Below are positions 11,099 to 23,355 of a stretch of DNA of 64,000 nt, one piece after another; within the stretch, counting starts at the first letter, position 1, and each line of letters begins with the position of its first letter. Under the pieces are notes generated by a model. It was not told the DNA's origin. It was given only the letters and a program-made list of their open reading frames with translations, and searched no databases. Position numbers and translations under genes: made by a program. The stretch is from Blastocystis sp. Blastoise (taxonomy: Eukaryota; Protista; Bigyra: Opalinata). The stretch is taken from positions 930,001-994,000 of the forward strand of contig JBBPEB010000005.1 in NCBI GenBank assembly GCA_039096225.1, given 5' to 3'.

Positions 11099-12322
11099 TT
11101 AATTGGTTGCACCATCTCTAACAAATTTAACAAATATAAAATGAGCATATAAAGTATAAGTACCACTAGTAATATTTGCACCATTATATTCAGTTAATAA
11201 GGAGATATTAACTTCACAACCACTACGAGTATTGACATCAACAACACTTGAAATAGGGAATATATAAATAGGTTGTTCATACCACTTTTCACCATTCAAA
11301 GGAGATTGAGGATGACTATTACATCTCCAAGTATTATAAAGCATAGCATTAGGAATAATTTGTGATGGATTCGTTGTTTTATATGTAGTAGGGAAATCCG
11401 TCTTAGGTAAGATATTTTGACCACCAATTTGGAATTGACACATCTTCAATAATTCAGTCTTAATAGGAATCATACTCTTCTCTTGAGTTGTAAAATATAG
11501 CATACAGTAATCAGGTACGAAAACAACACTTCTATTGGATAAGAATTGTTGTGGAGTTGGTTTACCTGCTGTTGTGAATGTTTCTGAATAAACAGGTGTA
11601 GTAAATGCAGATATTTGACAATTATTAGGAATACATTTAATTAAAGCACGTGGATCATTACCAAAATTAATATCATAAATTTGTTGAAGATGAATATAAA
11701 CACGATCAAAAGTTAATGCAGTGATTTTAGTCGTACCTGTAAATAGATTCTTTAAATAATTTGTAACGAATTGCATCTTCAAAGATTTTACTTTAATAGC
11801 ACAATCAAATGTACCAAGACCAGTAATAAGAGATAAAGGAATAATAACTTGAGCTTTAGTAGAACTTTGCATTCCAGAAATACTACTTAATGTTGTATTA
11901 TATAAGCATTCTGTCATACTATACATAGATTTATCAATTTCATCTTTACTTAATTCTTTAATAGTAACAAATTTTCTTGCTTTACTGGATTCAATAGAAG
12001 ATTCAGAATAATTAATAAGAATATCTTGACCCGTAGGAGATACAAACGTAAGATCTGTAGTAATTTTATCAATAATACTATAGATATTAGAATGTTGTAC
12101 AACAGAACTAGTTGTAGCTGCATTTGTTGTAATATTGAAATTCAGTTCTAAGAATGAATTACTGAAATCAATAAAAGGACTATCCACTGAATTATATAAG
12201 AATTCAAATGGATAAGGTTGATTTAATAAATCTTGACTTGTAGAAACTAGAATAGGAATTTGTACAGGTTTAATAGTTTGATTTGCCTTTGAAGGTAAGA
12301 ATTGTCTTGGGAATCCTTCCAT
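11099..12322 (-). CDS. Major capsid protein 1 (double jelly-roll), 407 aa
   Basis: N-terminal pattern FIDFSNSFLELNFNI...NIYSIIDKI resembles Polinton/PLV MCPs; size, beta-rich composition and gene context agree. Confidence 0.75.
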   Translation of the reverse strand: MEGFPRQFLPSKANQTIKPVQIPILVSTSQDLLNQPYPFEFLYNSVDSPFIDFSNSFLELNFNITTNAATTSSVVQHSNIYSIIDKITTDLTFVSPTGQDILINYSESSIESSKARKFVTIKELSKDEIDKSMYSMTECLYNTTLSSISGMQSSTKAQVIIPLSLITGLGTFDCAIKVKSLKMQFVTNYLKNLFTGTTKITALTFDRVYIHLQQIYDINFGNDPRALIKCIPNNCQISAFTTPVYSETFTTAGKPTPQQFLSNRSVVFVPDYCMLYFTTQEKSMIPIKTELLKMCQFQIGGQNILPKTDFPTTYKTTNPSQIIPNAMLYNTWRCNSHPQSPLNGEKWYEQPIYIFPISSVVDVNTRSGCEVNISLLTEYNGANITSGTYTLYAHFIFVKFVRDGATN

Positions 12323-12492
12323 TTTAATAATTATTGTTTATGTATTTTTTAAATAAAAAATAAAATAATAATGATATTTTATAATTATAAAATTATTTGA
12401 AATTCATAACAAAACAAATGATTGGAATATAGAATAGAATAGAATTAATTAAACAAGTTAACGTTAAGAATAGTAAGTAAGAAATATTAAAT

Positions 12493-13965
12493 TTAAATAT
12501 CACGTACACTACGTACAGCAATCATATGTAATGTATAAGGATGCTTCTCATTTAGTTCAGTATTAATATGTTTATAAATACCAGCATGAGAAGCAACGGC
12601 ATAAGAAGCACCAGTGTCAGGTGTCCATATTTTAGTAGTTTCATTATATGTACATGTATATCCATCAGGAACAGTGGATGAATCAGCATGACCATATTCA
12701 ATATCATGGACATCTAGATTACAATCAAAATTCATTTCTATACCACTATCTGATTGGATATTCATTAATGCTTTAGTTGGAATAATATAAATAGGATGTT
12801 TAATCCATTCATCATATTTAAGAATAGTTTCAGGATTTGAATTATCAGCCCATAAACAATATAGATTTTTATTAGGACAAGATAAACTAGCAGTTTCTTC
12901 ATTATTGAAGACATGACCTTTAGTAGTAAGATTATGATAATACATTTGAGTAGGGAATTCAGTTTGAGGGAACATTTGAACATCACCAATCAAACAACTT
13001 TGATATTTAGGCCATACAGATGGACTAGCTACATTACTAATAGTTGTTGAACTATACCCATTTGTAAACCAGTATAATATATATTCAGGTATAAATGGTA
13101 AAGCTCTATTGATATTGAAATGATCACTAGTTATTCTTGTATTTTGATAATCGACTTGAATACATGTAGGTATAGTTTTATATAATTCATTCGTTTGGAA
13201 TTGAATATCTTTATAAGTCATTAAATTCATAGTAGCTGATTCCAATTCAAATGTCTTAAACCATTTTTCATCAGTTAGATGTAACCATTGTGTTGATAAT
13301 TTAGCACCACCATTCTTGAAATAAATACTCATATTATTATCAATTAAGGATTCAATTGTACTCGTTCTAAATAACATATTGAAATGTTTAGTTAATATTA
13401 ATGAATCTCCATCAACACCTAAACCACTAATGAGATATAAAGGAATAGCAATATGAATAGATTCATTTGGATGTGCACGTATATAACGAATAGAATTCAA
13501 TTCATAAGTATCTGCAGATAAATCTTCACCATACATAGATTTTTCTAAATCATTCTTACTGATATCTTTTAATAAAATCATTTTACGACCACGTGAAGCA
13601 TGTGTACAGTTTTCTTCATATTTCAAAGCACGATCAGATCCATCAGGTAAAGTATAAACCATTTCAACATCAGTGGAATCAATAATAGAATAAATATTAG
13701 CTTTTTGAACTAATTGATCCAAGAAATATTGACATAATTGATCATAGGTGAAACTAACAGAAGTACCTGTTTCATCTAAATAAACAGAAACTGGTCCAGC
13801 TTTATCTGTGACAGTTGCCTTGACAGTAAGATCCAAATAGGATTGATTGAAATTGATATAAGTGTTATCCACATTAGTCCAATGATATTGAAAGATATAA
13901 GGACTTGATAGAATATCAGTATCACTTTGAATAGGAATATTATCTTTAATTCTTAAGATTCTCAT
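12493..13965 (-). CDS. Major capsid protein 2 (paralogue of MCP1), 490 aa
   Basis: Collinear blocks shared with MCP1: NIYSIID, RK...K.ISK...EKSMY, IPL.LI.GLG, F.P.Y, P.T.FPT, W...PIYI.P. Confidence 0.72.
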   Translation of the reverse strand: MRILRIKDNIPIQSDTDILSSPYIFQYHWTNVDNTYINFNQSYLDLTVKATVTDKAGPVSVYLDETGTSVSFTYDQLCQYFLDQLVQKANIYSIIDSTDVEMVYTLPDGSDRALKYEENCTHASRGRKMILLKDISKNDLEKSMYGEDLSADTYELNSIRYIRAHPNESIHIAIPLYLISGLGVDGDSLILTKHFNMLFRTSTIESLIDNNMSIYFKNGGAKLSTQWLHLTDEKWFKTFELESATMNLMTYKDIQFQTNELYKTIPTCIQVDYQNTRITSDHFNINRALPFIPEYILYWFTNGYSSTTISNVASPSVWPKYQSCLIGDVQMFPQTEFPTQMYYHNLTTKGHVFNNEETASLSCPNKNLYCLWADNSNPETILKYDEWIKHPIYIIPTKALMNIQSDSGIEMNFDCNLDVHDIEYGHADSSTVPDGYTCTYNETTKIWTPDTGASYAVASHAGIYKHINTELNEKHPYTLHMIAVRSVRDI

Positions 13966-16212
13966 TTTTTTTAAATAAAAAAATATTAATAAATAAAATA
14001 AAATTAATATAAATTATTATTTAATAAATTAGAAAAATATGGAACTTGATGATGATAATTATGAAGAACAGACTTCATTAGAAGAGAAGGATACTCGTAT
14101 TAAAACACATGTAGTCCCTATTGATGTTCGTTGTATTGATAATCAATTCAATATACATTTATCGAATTCTATTGATATCACTAAAAATATCATTTCTTAT
14201 ATTGATCTTAATTTAATTGGTAGTGAAAGTGTGCCTCTATTTGATACTTTCACAAAAACACAAATATTCAAATATATAAATACTCGTGTCAATGGTAATG
14301 AACAAATTCAAACAATTACTTTAGATCAGAAAAATTATTCTATTCCTCAATTATTAGAACTATGTCATTTTGATATATGTGATAGACCAGTAATAAAAGA
14401 TTCTCCTGATATTGATCCCACTGTCAAAATTAATGAATCCCCTACAATAACCATTGATAGAGATGATTGGTATTGTGAAATTACAATTTATAATAAAAGA
14501 CGTGGTTTTTACTTTCCAAAAGGTACTTATACGGATATAGAGTTTTGGTGGATAGCTGTATGTTGTGTATCAGCTAAATGGGGTGATAAATTTAATCGTT
14601 TAATGATGAAATATGATGATGATACTATAACCATATATCGACCTCAATTAGCTTCTTATAATGTTCCTGTTACATCAACAGGAATCTATGAATTGAATGA
14701 ATTCTTTACTGATGGTGTGAGTGATCATTCAAGTTATATTGTTCCAACACAAGGTTCTAATGGAATTATGAAATGTGTATTAGCTGATGAACATAAATTT
14801 TATTTCCAATGGTCAAGTAATAATATACTCAGTTTAGAAAAACAATTATTCACTGGCTTATTTGAAGATTCAGAAACATTGACATATACTTCACTTCAAG
14901 AGGAAATTACATTAAATAGAATTAAAAGAACAGTCTTTGTGGAAGATGGATATAATACAATGATTGTTCGACAATTGAGTGGTTATGATGGTGTTCATGA
15001 AACTACATTCACTGTTCCTCCTGGAAATTACACAGAAAACAAATTCTATGAATTATTAGAAAGTTCAATCAATAATACAATTTATACGGATTATTTAAGT
15101 ATATCCAAAGATGCTCAGACTATGGACAATAAGGATGGATATATAATATATTTATCTTGTAAAGGTACTGATTCTACGTCATTCACATTTACAGCTACAG
15201 ATATAGAACATTCATTATTTAAGTATCGTGGTGCTCTACATAATATACGTCCTGATCTGGTTTATGATGAACAAGGATGTTTTGCTTGGTATACTTCTTA
15301 TGGTAAACAATTATTACCAGATACACCTGTTGATTTGAATACATTAGATTTAGATGGTAATTATAAGTGTTATACTGATAGTTATCATATAGATTTCTCT
15401 CAAGCTCAAGAATTAGGTGAAATCTTAGGTTATAATAAATTAGGTCATGATGAAATTATTAATTATGGTGTTCATAATATTGATAGTAGTCGTCCAAAAG
15501 GAATGTTAATAGCTCAATCGAATATAGTAGATAATAGTCAGAATTCTTTATATTCATTTAATGTGAATAATTATAAAGGCAATAATGAATTTCATGATAT
15601 TATGAATATTAATGTGTCTCCTTATTTGAATACAATACAAGATATTACAATACGATATACTGATAAAAATAAACAATATGTGAATTTCAATAATAATTGT
15701 ATTTTAAGAGGATTTTTAGAATTCTCAGATACAGTCGATACGATTCAACCTAGTGAAACCATTAAGAAATTATGTTTGAATTGTTTAACAGCAGACACAC
15801 AATTCTATGCTGAATATCCTACATTGAATATCCAGAATAAGATCTTAAAAGATATTATTATTCAGAATGATACTGATACGATCCAAACAAATGCATCTAA
15901 ATTATGTACTGGATATATAAATGGATCATATTATCCTACATTTAGTTTTCCTTTATCTGATAAATATGTTACTTATAGTAATATAAATTCTCCAATCACA
16001 ATTGATCATCATATAGATTTAAGATTTGATGAATTATTCAAAGGAAATATCATTTGTAATATATGTGAACCGAATGGTAGTGATATACGTTTCAAAGCTT
16101 ATGATGAAGTATATTGTGATTTTAGTACAAGTAAGAATTTAATTTATGAATTGAAGAAAACCAATGTCTATGGATATCAATATTTAACGAATATACAAAT
16201 TACTAGGGTCAC

Positions 16213-16249
16213 GCCGCAGGTCCGGGGCCTAACGGCACCGGACCGCGGC
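16213..16249 (-). terminator. Helitron 3' subterminal GC-rich hairpin (rolling-circle termination signal)
   Basis: Minus strand GCCGCGGTCCGGTGCC-GTTA-GGCCCCGGACCTGCGGC, then GTGACC-CTAG; identical in copy B. Confidence 0.85.
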
Positions 16250-16410
16250 TGCAATGAATAATAAGTGTTTTGTTTTTATTCACTTTCTTTCCTTATTATC
16301 TACTATATATTATATAATATATATTATTTATTAAATATTATCTATAATATGTTACTTATTATCTATAATATGTTACTTATTATATATTATATATATTATT
16401 TTATTAACAC

Positions 16411-16480
16411 TTCTTATACTCTATATGGAGAGTTACAATCATATATTGATTGTAATCAGGTTCAATTCCTGATATAAGAA
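16411..16480 (+). ncRNA. tRNA-like cloverleaf 1 in Helitron A
   Basis: Stems TTCTTATA/TATAAGAA, CTCT-ATATGG-AGAG, TACAATC/GATTGTA and TCAGG-TTCAATT-CCTGA (B-box-like). Confidence 0.6.
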
Positions 16481-17879
16481 TTAAAATTTACTTTTGAATA
16501 GTATCTGAAAAACTAAAAACAATACTATAAAAAAAATAAGAAATCGTTTTTGAATCATTATATTTGTTATTTATTATTTTAAAAATATATTTTGTATTTA
16601 TAAATAGTTGAGTTACTGCTTTAATTATTATGGAGTTTCTAAAGCTAATAAATTTAGAAATGGGTCACAATGTTAAGTATTGAAAGTCATTATTATGTAA
16701 AATCATTTTAAATAGATTATAATAAGGTAGTTTACACTTTCTTTAACCATTTCATAAAACTAAAACGAATCTAACACAACAAAGTCAACATTCATTTTCA
16801 CTTTAACGACTTAAACACATAGTTTTAGAATTAATATTAATAAAGTCACTCTAAAAAGCATTTCTATACATAAAAGTGTCAACAATATCGCTTGTAAAGA
16901 GACTTCACCATTTTGATATCCAGTGTATCAAAATAGTTTTAGACATAACTTTCACATAGTATAGATCTCATTATTTCATATATTACTTATAGTTGAATGT
17001 CTTGAATCTCTGACCTAAAGACCCTTTTTTATACATTTTGAAAAGTTAACACACTTATAGTTAATTTAAAAAGCTTATATTTTAACACTATGCTCAACAT
17101 AACTCTATCAATACATTAGCTACCATTTTGACACTCTTTATAAACATTTTTCATTTGGTCATACACTTTGTCAAGAGTATTTTTGTCCCTCCTTTTAATA
17201 TAATTCAGACTATAAATAATAGTTTGATAAATAAAATGTTTTATATTGAATCTCGTCCTTTGGATAATTCATTTCTACATTTTAAAAAAATAATCCCTTT
17301 AAACTTGTTTTTAAAAGTCAAAATTTTCATAGTATAACAAAAACACAATTTTAAAAGAATAGACTTACTCTTTAAAATTTCTGAACAACTCAAACGCATT
17401 CTTAATTCACTTGTCAAAAATGAAATTCTCTTATTTTTTAATATGTTGTAGAGTACATGTTGTTCTATATTAAACAATTTCTATAATTTTAAATCTCTTA
17501 ATTTAATAACCTATTTTTTCACATTTCTTATTGCTTAAAATTTTACACATAATTAAATATATAAATGAAAGTGGAGAATACAAAACTTAATAATAACTCA
17601 ATCATTGATGTAATTATATCGCTAGTCTATATCAGATTAGGTGATAAATGAATGTTATTATAAATTAAAACAATATTAAGGACCACATACTAATAACATT
17701 AACTAATTTCAAAATTATCTTAATAGTAAGCACAATAAAAATTATAAAAAACGAACAAAACAAAAATAAATAAATAATACTAAGAAAACAGATAATAGAA
17801 AGATATTATCTGTGAAAAAAAAAAATAATAATAATAAACAAAGCAAAACAAAACAAAACAAAAATAAAATAATATGTTA

Positions 17880-19079
17880 AGTATGCCAACCAAATTAGAA
17901 GAACCTATAGAAATAAAAGATAAATATATATATATATACCTTCAGCATTAAAGAACTATTTACACCATCACTATATAGATAAAATATATAGATATATATA
18001 TTAAAAGAAATATAAATATTTGTTATATATATATATATATATATATACCTTTAGATATATTTTTATTATTAAAATAAAAGCCAACATTAGGGTGATAAGA
18101 TCCCCTATTAGAAAAGACACCTATATATAATAAATAATAAAAAATATATAAACAATAAAAATATATATACCTTCTAAAGAAGGAACAGAAAAATAAGTAT
18201 CATATCATAACTGACTTGAAGAACCTATATATAATGATAAGATAATTAATAAATTAAAAAAAAAAAGAAAGGAAGAAATAAGTATATACCTTTCATTACC
18301 TATAATAGAAGACTCGATCAGAATAGAAGGACCTATATATAAATAATAAATAAAAATAAACTAAAATAAATTAAAAAAATAGACATACCTTAATTATTAA
18401 CACCTTCAGCAACCACACACACAACAATAAAAGAACCTATAAAGAAACAGTAATAGACAAATAATAAATAAAAAAATAATAATAATAAATGAATGACAAT
18501 ATATATATATACCTTTAATACCATAGGAACAGTCTATCTGATCACCAACAACATCAACAGCAGTATTGAAAGCATCAGAAGAACCTAAATATATATAAAA
18601 GTAAAAAAAGAAAAATAAATGAATGACAACATACCTTCAACACCACACAGACATCTATCATCAACACCACTGTCAACATGCACAGCAACTGAAGAACCTA
18701 TATATATATATAGAAATAATAAAAAAATAATAATAAAATATAAAAATAAATTAAATGATTGGCAACATACCTTCAATACAATAAGAAGAACCTACAATCA
18801 CATCATTAGAACCATTAGCATCATTTAAAACAACAGAAGAACCTATAAATAAATAAAATTAAAAAAATAAAAACAAATCATTGACAACATACCTTCACAG
18901 TTAGCATAGCAGGCAACACCACAGCCTCCGTATGATACAAATAACATAGAAGAACCTAAAATAATATAATAAATAATTTAAAAAAAAAAGAAATGGAAAA
19001 TATATACCTTTAAGACCATCAGAGCAAGTAATACCAAGACCAAGAACATACACAACTGGATCCTATTGAGTAGAAGAAC
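17880..19079 (-). pseudogene. Multi-exon cargo gene (fragment) in Helitron A with repeated symmetric exons encoding GSS...(E/K)G units
   Basis: GT-AG introns at 18956-19007, 18843-18892, 18698-18770 and 18585-18634 separate exons of 72/63/72/63/72 nt. One in-frame TAG; further short exons downstream; 3' limit approximate. Confidence 0.6.
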
Positions 19080-19509
19080 CTGAAAGTTTTTGAGAAATGT
19101 ATATTTTTCCATCTACACACTTCGATCTTGACAGCATCATGCCTTCTGAGGCATCTTAGATAATATTTTAATTATAAAAAATAAGTGTTTTCTCTTAATA
19201 TAAAAATTGTGTTTATATTTCCACTTTTAAAGAATAGGGTCTATTTTAAAAATATGCTTCTTAAAAATTAATAGAAATTAAAAAACCCTTGAATTTTCAT
19301 TGATTTATTTACAAAAGTAATAATTGGGTCATTTTCTATTAAAAATATTTAGGGTACCCAAAAAACATAGTTTTTTACATTTTTTAAATATTTTATTATA
19401 TTGATTGACTGAGTATGTTTTATTTATTTATTTGATATTGTTTAGTTATTATTATTATATTTATTTGTATATATTGATTTATTCATTTAAAATATTTCAT
19501 TTTCTATAG

Positions 19510-19944
19510 GATTGTTTTGTATTTGTCTTCGTTATAGTGGTGAAGTGTTCTTGAAGTGGTCTTGGCTGTGTAAAATGGTTTATTTATGATCAGGTATATA
19601 AATATATTATTTATTTCTTAAGATCTGTTTTTCTTTTTGTTAATTCGTTTTTATTATTTATTATTTTTATTATCAATATTATTTATTTAGTCTTTACATA
19701 TAATTTATTCTATATATTATTAATAATTTTTATTCTATAGGAAAGAAACTTCAATGGATGTGTTGTGGTCTTCGTTGCTAAATATTTTCCTTCTTTAATC
19801 TGTCGTTCAAGGTTATTTTAAAGGTATATATTTATATTTTATTTATTATTTTTATTATTTATTGTTTACATTTTTTTTTATTATTTATTTATTTATTTAT
19901 TATTTATTTATTCATTTTTTTTATATGTTTATTTATTTATTAAT

Positions 19945-19975
<31 letters not shown>

Positions 19976-20050
19976 TTATTGTTTATTATTTATTTATTTA
20001 TTTATTTATTTATTATGTTTATTTATTATATATAGGTTTAATATTCTTCT
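19510..20050 (+). other. Divergent spliced unit in Helitron A (exons 19510-19593, 19741-19823, next acceptor at 20035), no clear ORF
   Basis: TATAG|G acceptors and AG|GTATAT donors are kept in both Helitron copies while the intron bodies diverge. Confidence 0.45.
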
Positions 20051-20491
20051 TAGTTTTTTTTTTCTTCTTTCTATCTTCGTTCTTCTTCCTTCTTACTTCT
20101 TCCTTCTTCCTCATCCTTCCTACTTACTTCATTCTTCCTTCCTTCTTCTTCCTTCTTCCTTCTTCATTCTTCCTTCTTCTTTCTGCCTTCTTTCTTTTCA
20201 TTCTTTACTTCTTCCTCCTTCTTCCTTCTTCTTCCTTCTTCCTTCATTCTTCGTACTTACTTCTTACTTCTCCCTTCTTCTTCACCTTGGTTCTTCATTC
20301 TTCTTCCTCCTTCCTTCTTCCTTCTTTCTTCTTTCTTCTTCCCCATCCTTGATTCTTCCTACTTCCTTCTTCCTCATCCTTCTTTCTTCCTTCTTCTTCA
20401 TCCTTCCTTCTTACTTCTTCATCCTTCCTTCTTAAACTTCCTCCTTCCTTCTTCCTTCTTCCTTCCTACTTCCTACTTCCTACTTCCTCCT

Positions 20492-20565
<74 letters not shown>
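20045..20565 (+). repeat. Polypyrimidine (CTT/CCTT-rich) tract followed by a (TA)n microsatellite
   Basis: Directly visible; the counterpart at 42233-42863 is longer. Confidence 0.9.
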
Positions 20566-20587
20566 ATTATTATTATTTATAAACTCC

Positions 20588-20654
20588 CTTTATGCTCTAG
20601 AAGGAGAGAAACAATCATTATAGATTGTTTTCAGGTTCAATTCCTGACATGAAG
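20588..20654 (+). ncRNA. tRNA-like cloverleaf 2 in Helitron A
   Basis: Stems CTTTATG/CATGAAG, CTCT-AGAAGG-AGAG, AAACAATC/GATTGTTT and TCAGG-TTCAATT-CCTGA; T-run downstream. Confidence 0.65.
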
Positions 20655-22932
20655 TCTTATTTTTCTTTTTCTTTAATATTTTTTACATATTATATATATA
20701 TATATATTTTCTCTTTTTTTAAACTTATTTTTATCTCTTTTAGATTATACCTTTTAAATTTTGACATTATATACATATATCTAACTGTTTATAGTTTTTT
20801 TAGACTTCCTCTTCTCAACAACAGTCACAATGAGAACAAATCCATTTTAACTCAAACAACTAAGTCATCTCAAAACTGTTTGAATCAATTAATATAGACG
20901 TCTATGACATAATTTATCAATTTAAACTGATTTTCAACTCTCAAAAGTAAGCAAACCAAACACACATGTTGACTTTAAAACGTTAAACTCAGTATTAAAA
21001 GATAGTTTTTATAGAGTGGACATAAAACATTGATTTAAACAAAAAGGAATGGAAACAATTCACTCTTGATACAACTTTACCATTTGACAAAACACTCATC
21101 CACAATATTTTCCAAAGTTCTTTTAGTAAAGTGTTTATATAGACATATTATGTATAAAATGAAAGTCAACTTCTTGAATCTCTTTGTTTAAGACAGTGTT
21201 TAAAACATTTTGACAAATTGACAACCTTTAACTTGCTATTTAAAGTTAATATTTAAAGAATAGACTTGATTCAGACATATAAACACAACTGTCATCACCA
21301 TAACACTTTTAAAGACACTTTACCATTTGCTCATACACTTTGATCAAAATATTTTCGTCCCTTCTTTTGACATAATATAGGTCATACACTCTAGTTTAAT
21401 GAATAAACACTCTTATTTTGAATCTCGTCCTCTAAGTCACTCATTTTTACATTTATTTAAATTTAAGACCCTTAGAGTTGACGTTTTAAATCAATTTTTC
21501 TACAGTGCACGAAATTCACGATTTTGATCAAACTGAAGTAAAAATAAATTTTAAATAATAGTCACAACCCTTCACACATCCACTCTTTAAAAATTATTTT
21601 AACTGTACTTTTGATATGTTGTAGGGCTACTATAGCTGTACACTAATTAATATCTCTAGATTTTTTATTCATAGTCTAAGACTATGTTTTACACATTCTT
21701 TTGAATTTGACAACCTTAAACTATTTATTTAAAGCTCTTATTCATAGAATAAACTTGACTTAACATTCTATACACATATGCAAACCCTTTTTCTTTTTAA
21801 GACACATTTTGTCATTTGGTCATACACTTTGACCTTCATAATTTTGACTCTTCTTTTAACATAGTATAGAGTATTATCTCTAGTTTATTAAATAAAAGTC
21901 ATTATATTGAATCTCTCACTCTAAGACCACTTAATTCACATTTTTCAAAATTGTCATACTTAAACTCATTATTTTAAGACTCTGTTTCTACTATAGTAGT
22001 TTGATGACCTATTGATTACTATGATACAATATTAGTCGATTATAAGAAGATCGAAGAAAATATCGATCACTCAAAAATCGTCTTCAGGAGCTCAAAATCG
22101 CTACACCTAGGTTTTCTGACCTCCTGAATCAGAATATGATGTCAAATTAAGAATCTAAATTTGACCGTTAAGGCCTCACGTGTTCAATATGAAAAAGTAT
22201 TAAAAAATAGATAAATATAAAGAATAAACACGGATAACGTATATTGTGGGATTGAGAAAAAATCAAGTTTACCCCATGTTTATTTTCCAATTATCTGGTC
22301 AACAATTTTTATCGGGGTCATCCCAAAGAGCCAATCAAAAACGACTCAAAAATCATGTTTTCTGCTCTTTTATTAATAACTTTTTAGTTATAAATAATAT
22401 CGCTTAACTAAATATACGGTGCACAACTACACGTTATATCGTATTGAACTGTGTTTCACTCAAAAGTTAACTCCCCGTAAGTTTAGAGGAGTTGCGGCGA
22501 CAAACTATAGTATATAGTAGCCAATCAAATGCATTCTCCAAAAACTGACCAATGGGAATTTTTTTGCCTATTCTCATATATATAGTAATGATATCAGTGT
22601 ATGGTCAATCCACTGATTACTTATATCCTATTTCATTAAGATGTTTTACTAATGAATATGAGAATAATATTCATGTTATTGATACTACAAATCTACCTTA
22701 TTACTATTCGAATGGTATTAAATATGAAGGTATATCAAATAAGATCAATAAGAATGTCTATTATTGTAATCGTAAATTATTAAAGTTATTACCTCATGAT
22801 AATATGTTCTTTATTACTTGTGATTATCCTTGTGTTGTTTTATTAACTATCTCTTATATATAAATATTTTAATTCATTTCATTTAAATTAAAAAATGTTT
22901 TGTTATATTATTCATTTAAAAATTATTAAAAA

Positions 22933-23355
22933 ATGGAGCCTAAATCTGTATCTGAATCCTTACATTCTTTATCAAGTACAAGTTCAACAAGTTCAGATAG
23001 TTCAACAACAACCACATTATCCGAAGAAGAAATAGAAAAGAAAAATACTTTATTAGAATTTATTATAAAAGCTATAAAATGTTTATTTGAGAAATCAACT
23101 GAATTCTTTCAATTAATTGTTAAAAATATAGATATTCATTGTAATTGTTGTAATCCACAAACAAAGAAAGTCTATTATAAGACAATGAAAATACAACAAA
23201 CTATTATTGAAGAAGAAGTCAAACATATATCAGAAGTCTTGAATGAATTAGAAGAAATTGATTCTAATCAAAATGAATCAATACAAGAATTAGCTGTTCA
23301 ATTAATGAAATTAAATATAAGTGTTGATTCTATTGTTCAATCTCTTCATTTATAA
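22933..23355 (+). CDS. Hypothetical viral protein, 140 aa (Ser/Thr-rich N-terminus, CxCC, coiled coil)
   Basis: Protein is identical in copy 2, with silent nucleotide changes. Confidence 0.8.
   Translation: MEPKSVSESLHSLSSTSSTSSDSSTTTTLSEEEIEKKNTLLEFIIKAIKCLFEKSTEFFQLIVKNIDIHCNCCNPQTKKVYYKTMKIQQTIIEEEVKHISEVLNELEEIDSNQNESIQELAVQLMKLNISVDSIVQSLHL

Larger units (their letters stand above)
16203..22591 (-). mobile_element. Non-autonomous Helitron, copy A (6389 bp)
   Basis: On the minus strand it starts TC and ends CTAG, sits between A and T with no TSD (empty site visible in PLV copy 2), and has a GC-rich subterminal hairpin. No RepHel ORF. Confidence 0.92.
14039..22863 (+). pseudogene. Large penton-like/spike protein gene (811 aa in copy 2) split by a Helitron; coding parts are 14039-16202 and 22592-22863
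   Basis: Joining the two parts restores CAAATTA|TATCAGTG, the junction of the intact allele at 58687-61122. The 740-aa and 103-aa ORFs in the track are the two halves. Confidence 0.93.

Noticed and set aside
16411-16480. Functional tRNA gene
   Set aside because: No linker bases at positions 8-9, over-long third stem and a non-conserved anticodon loop; kept only as tRNA-like.
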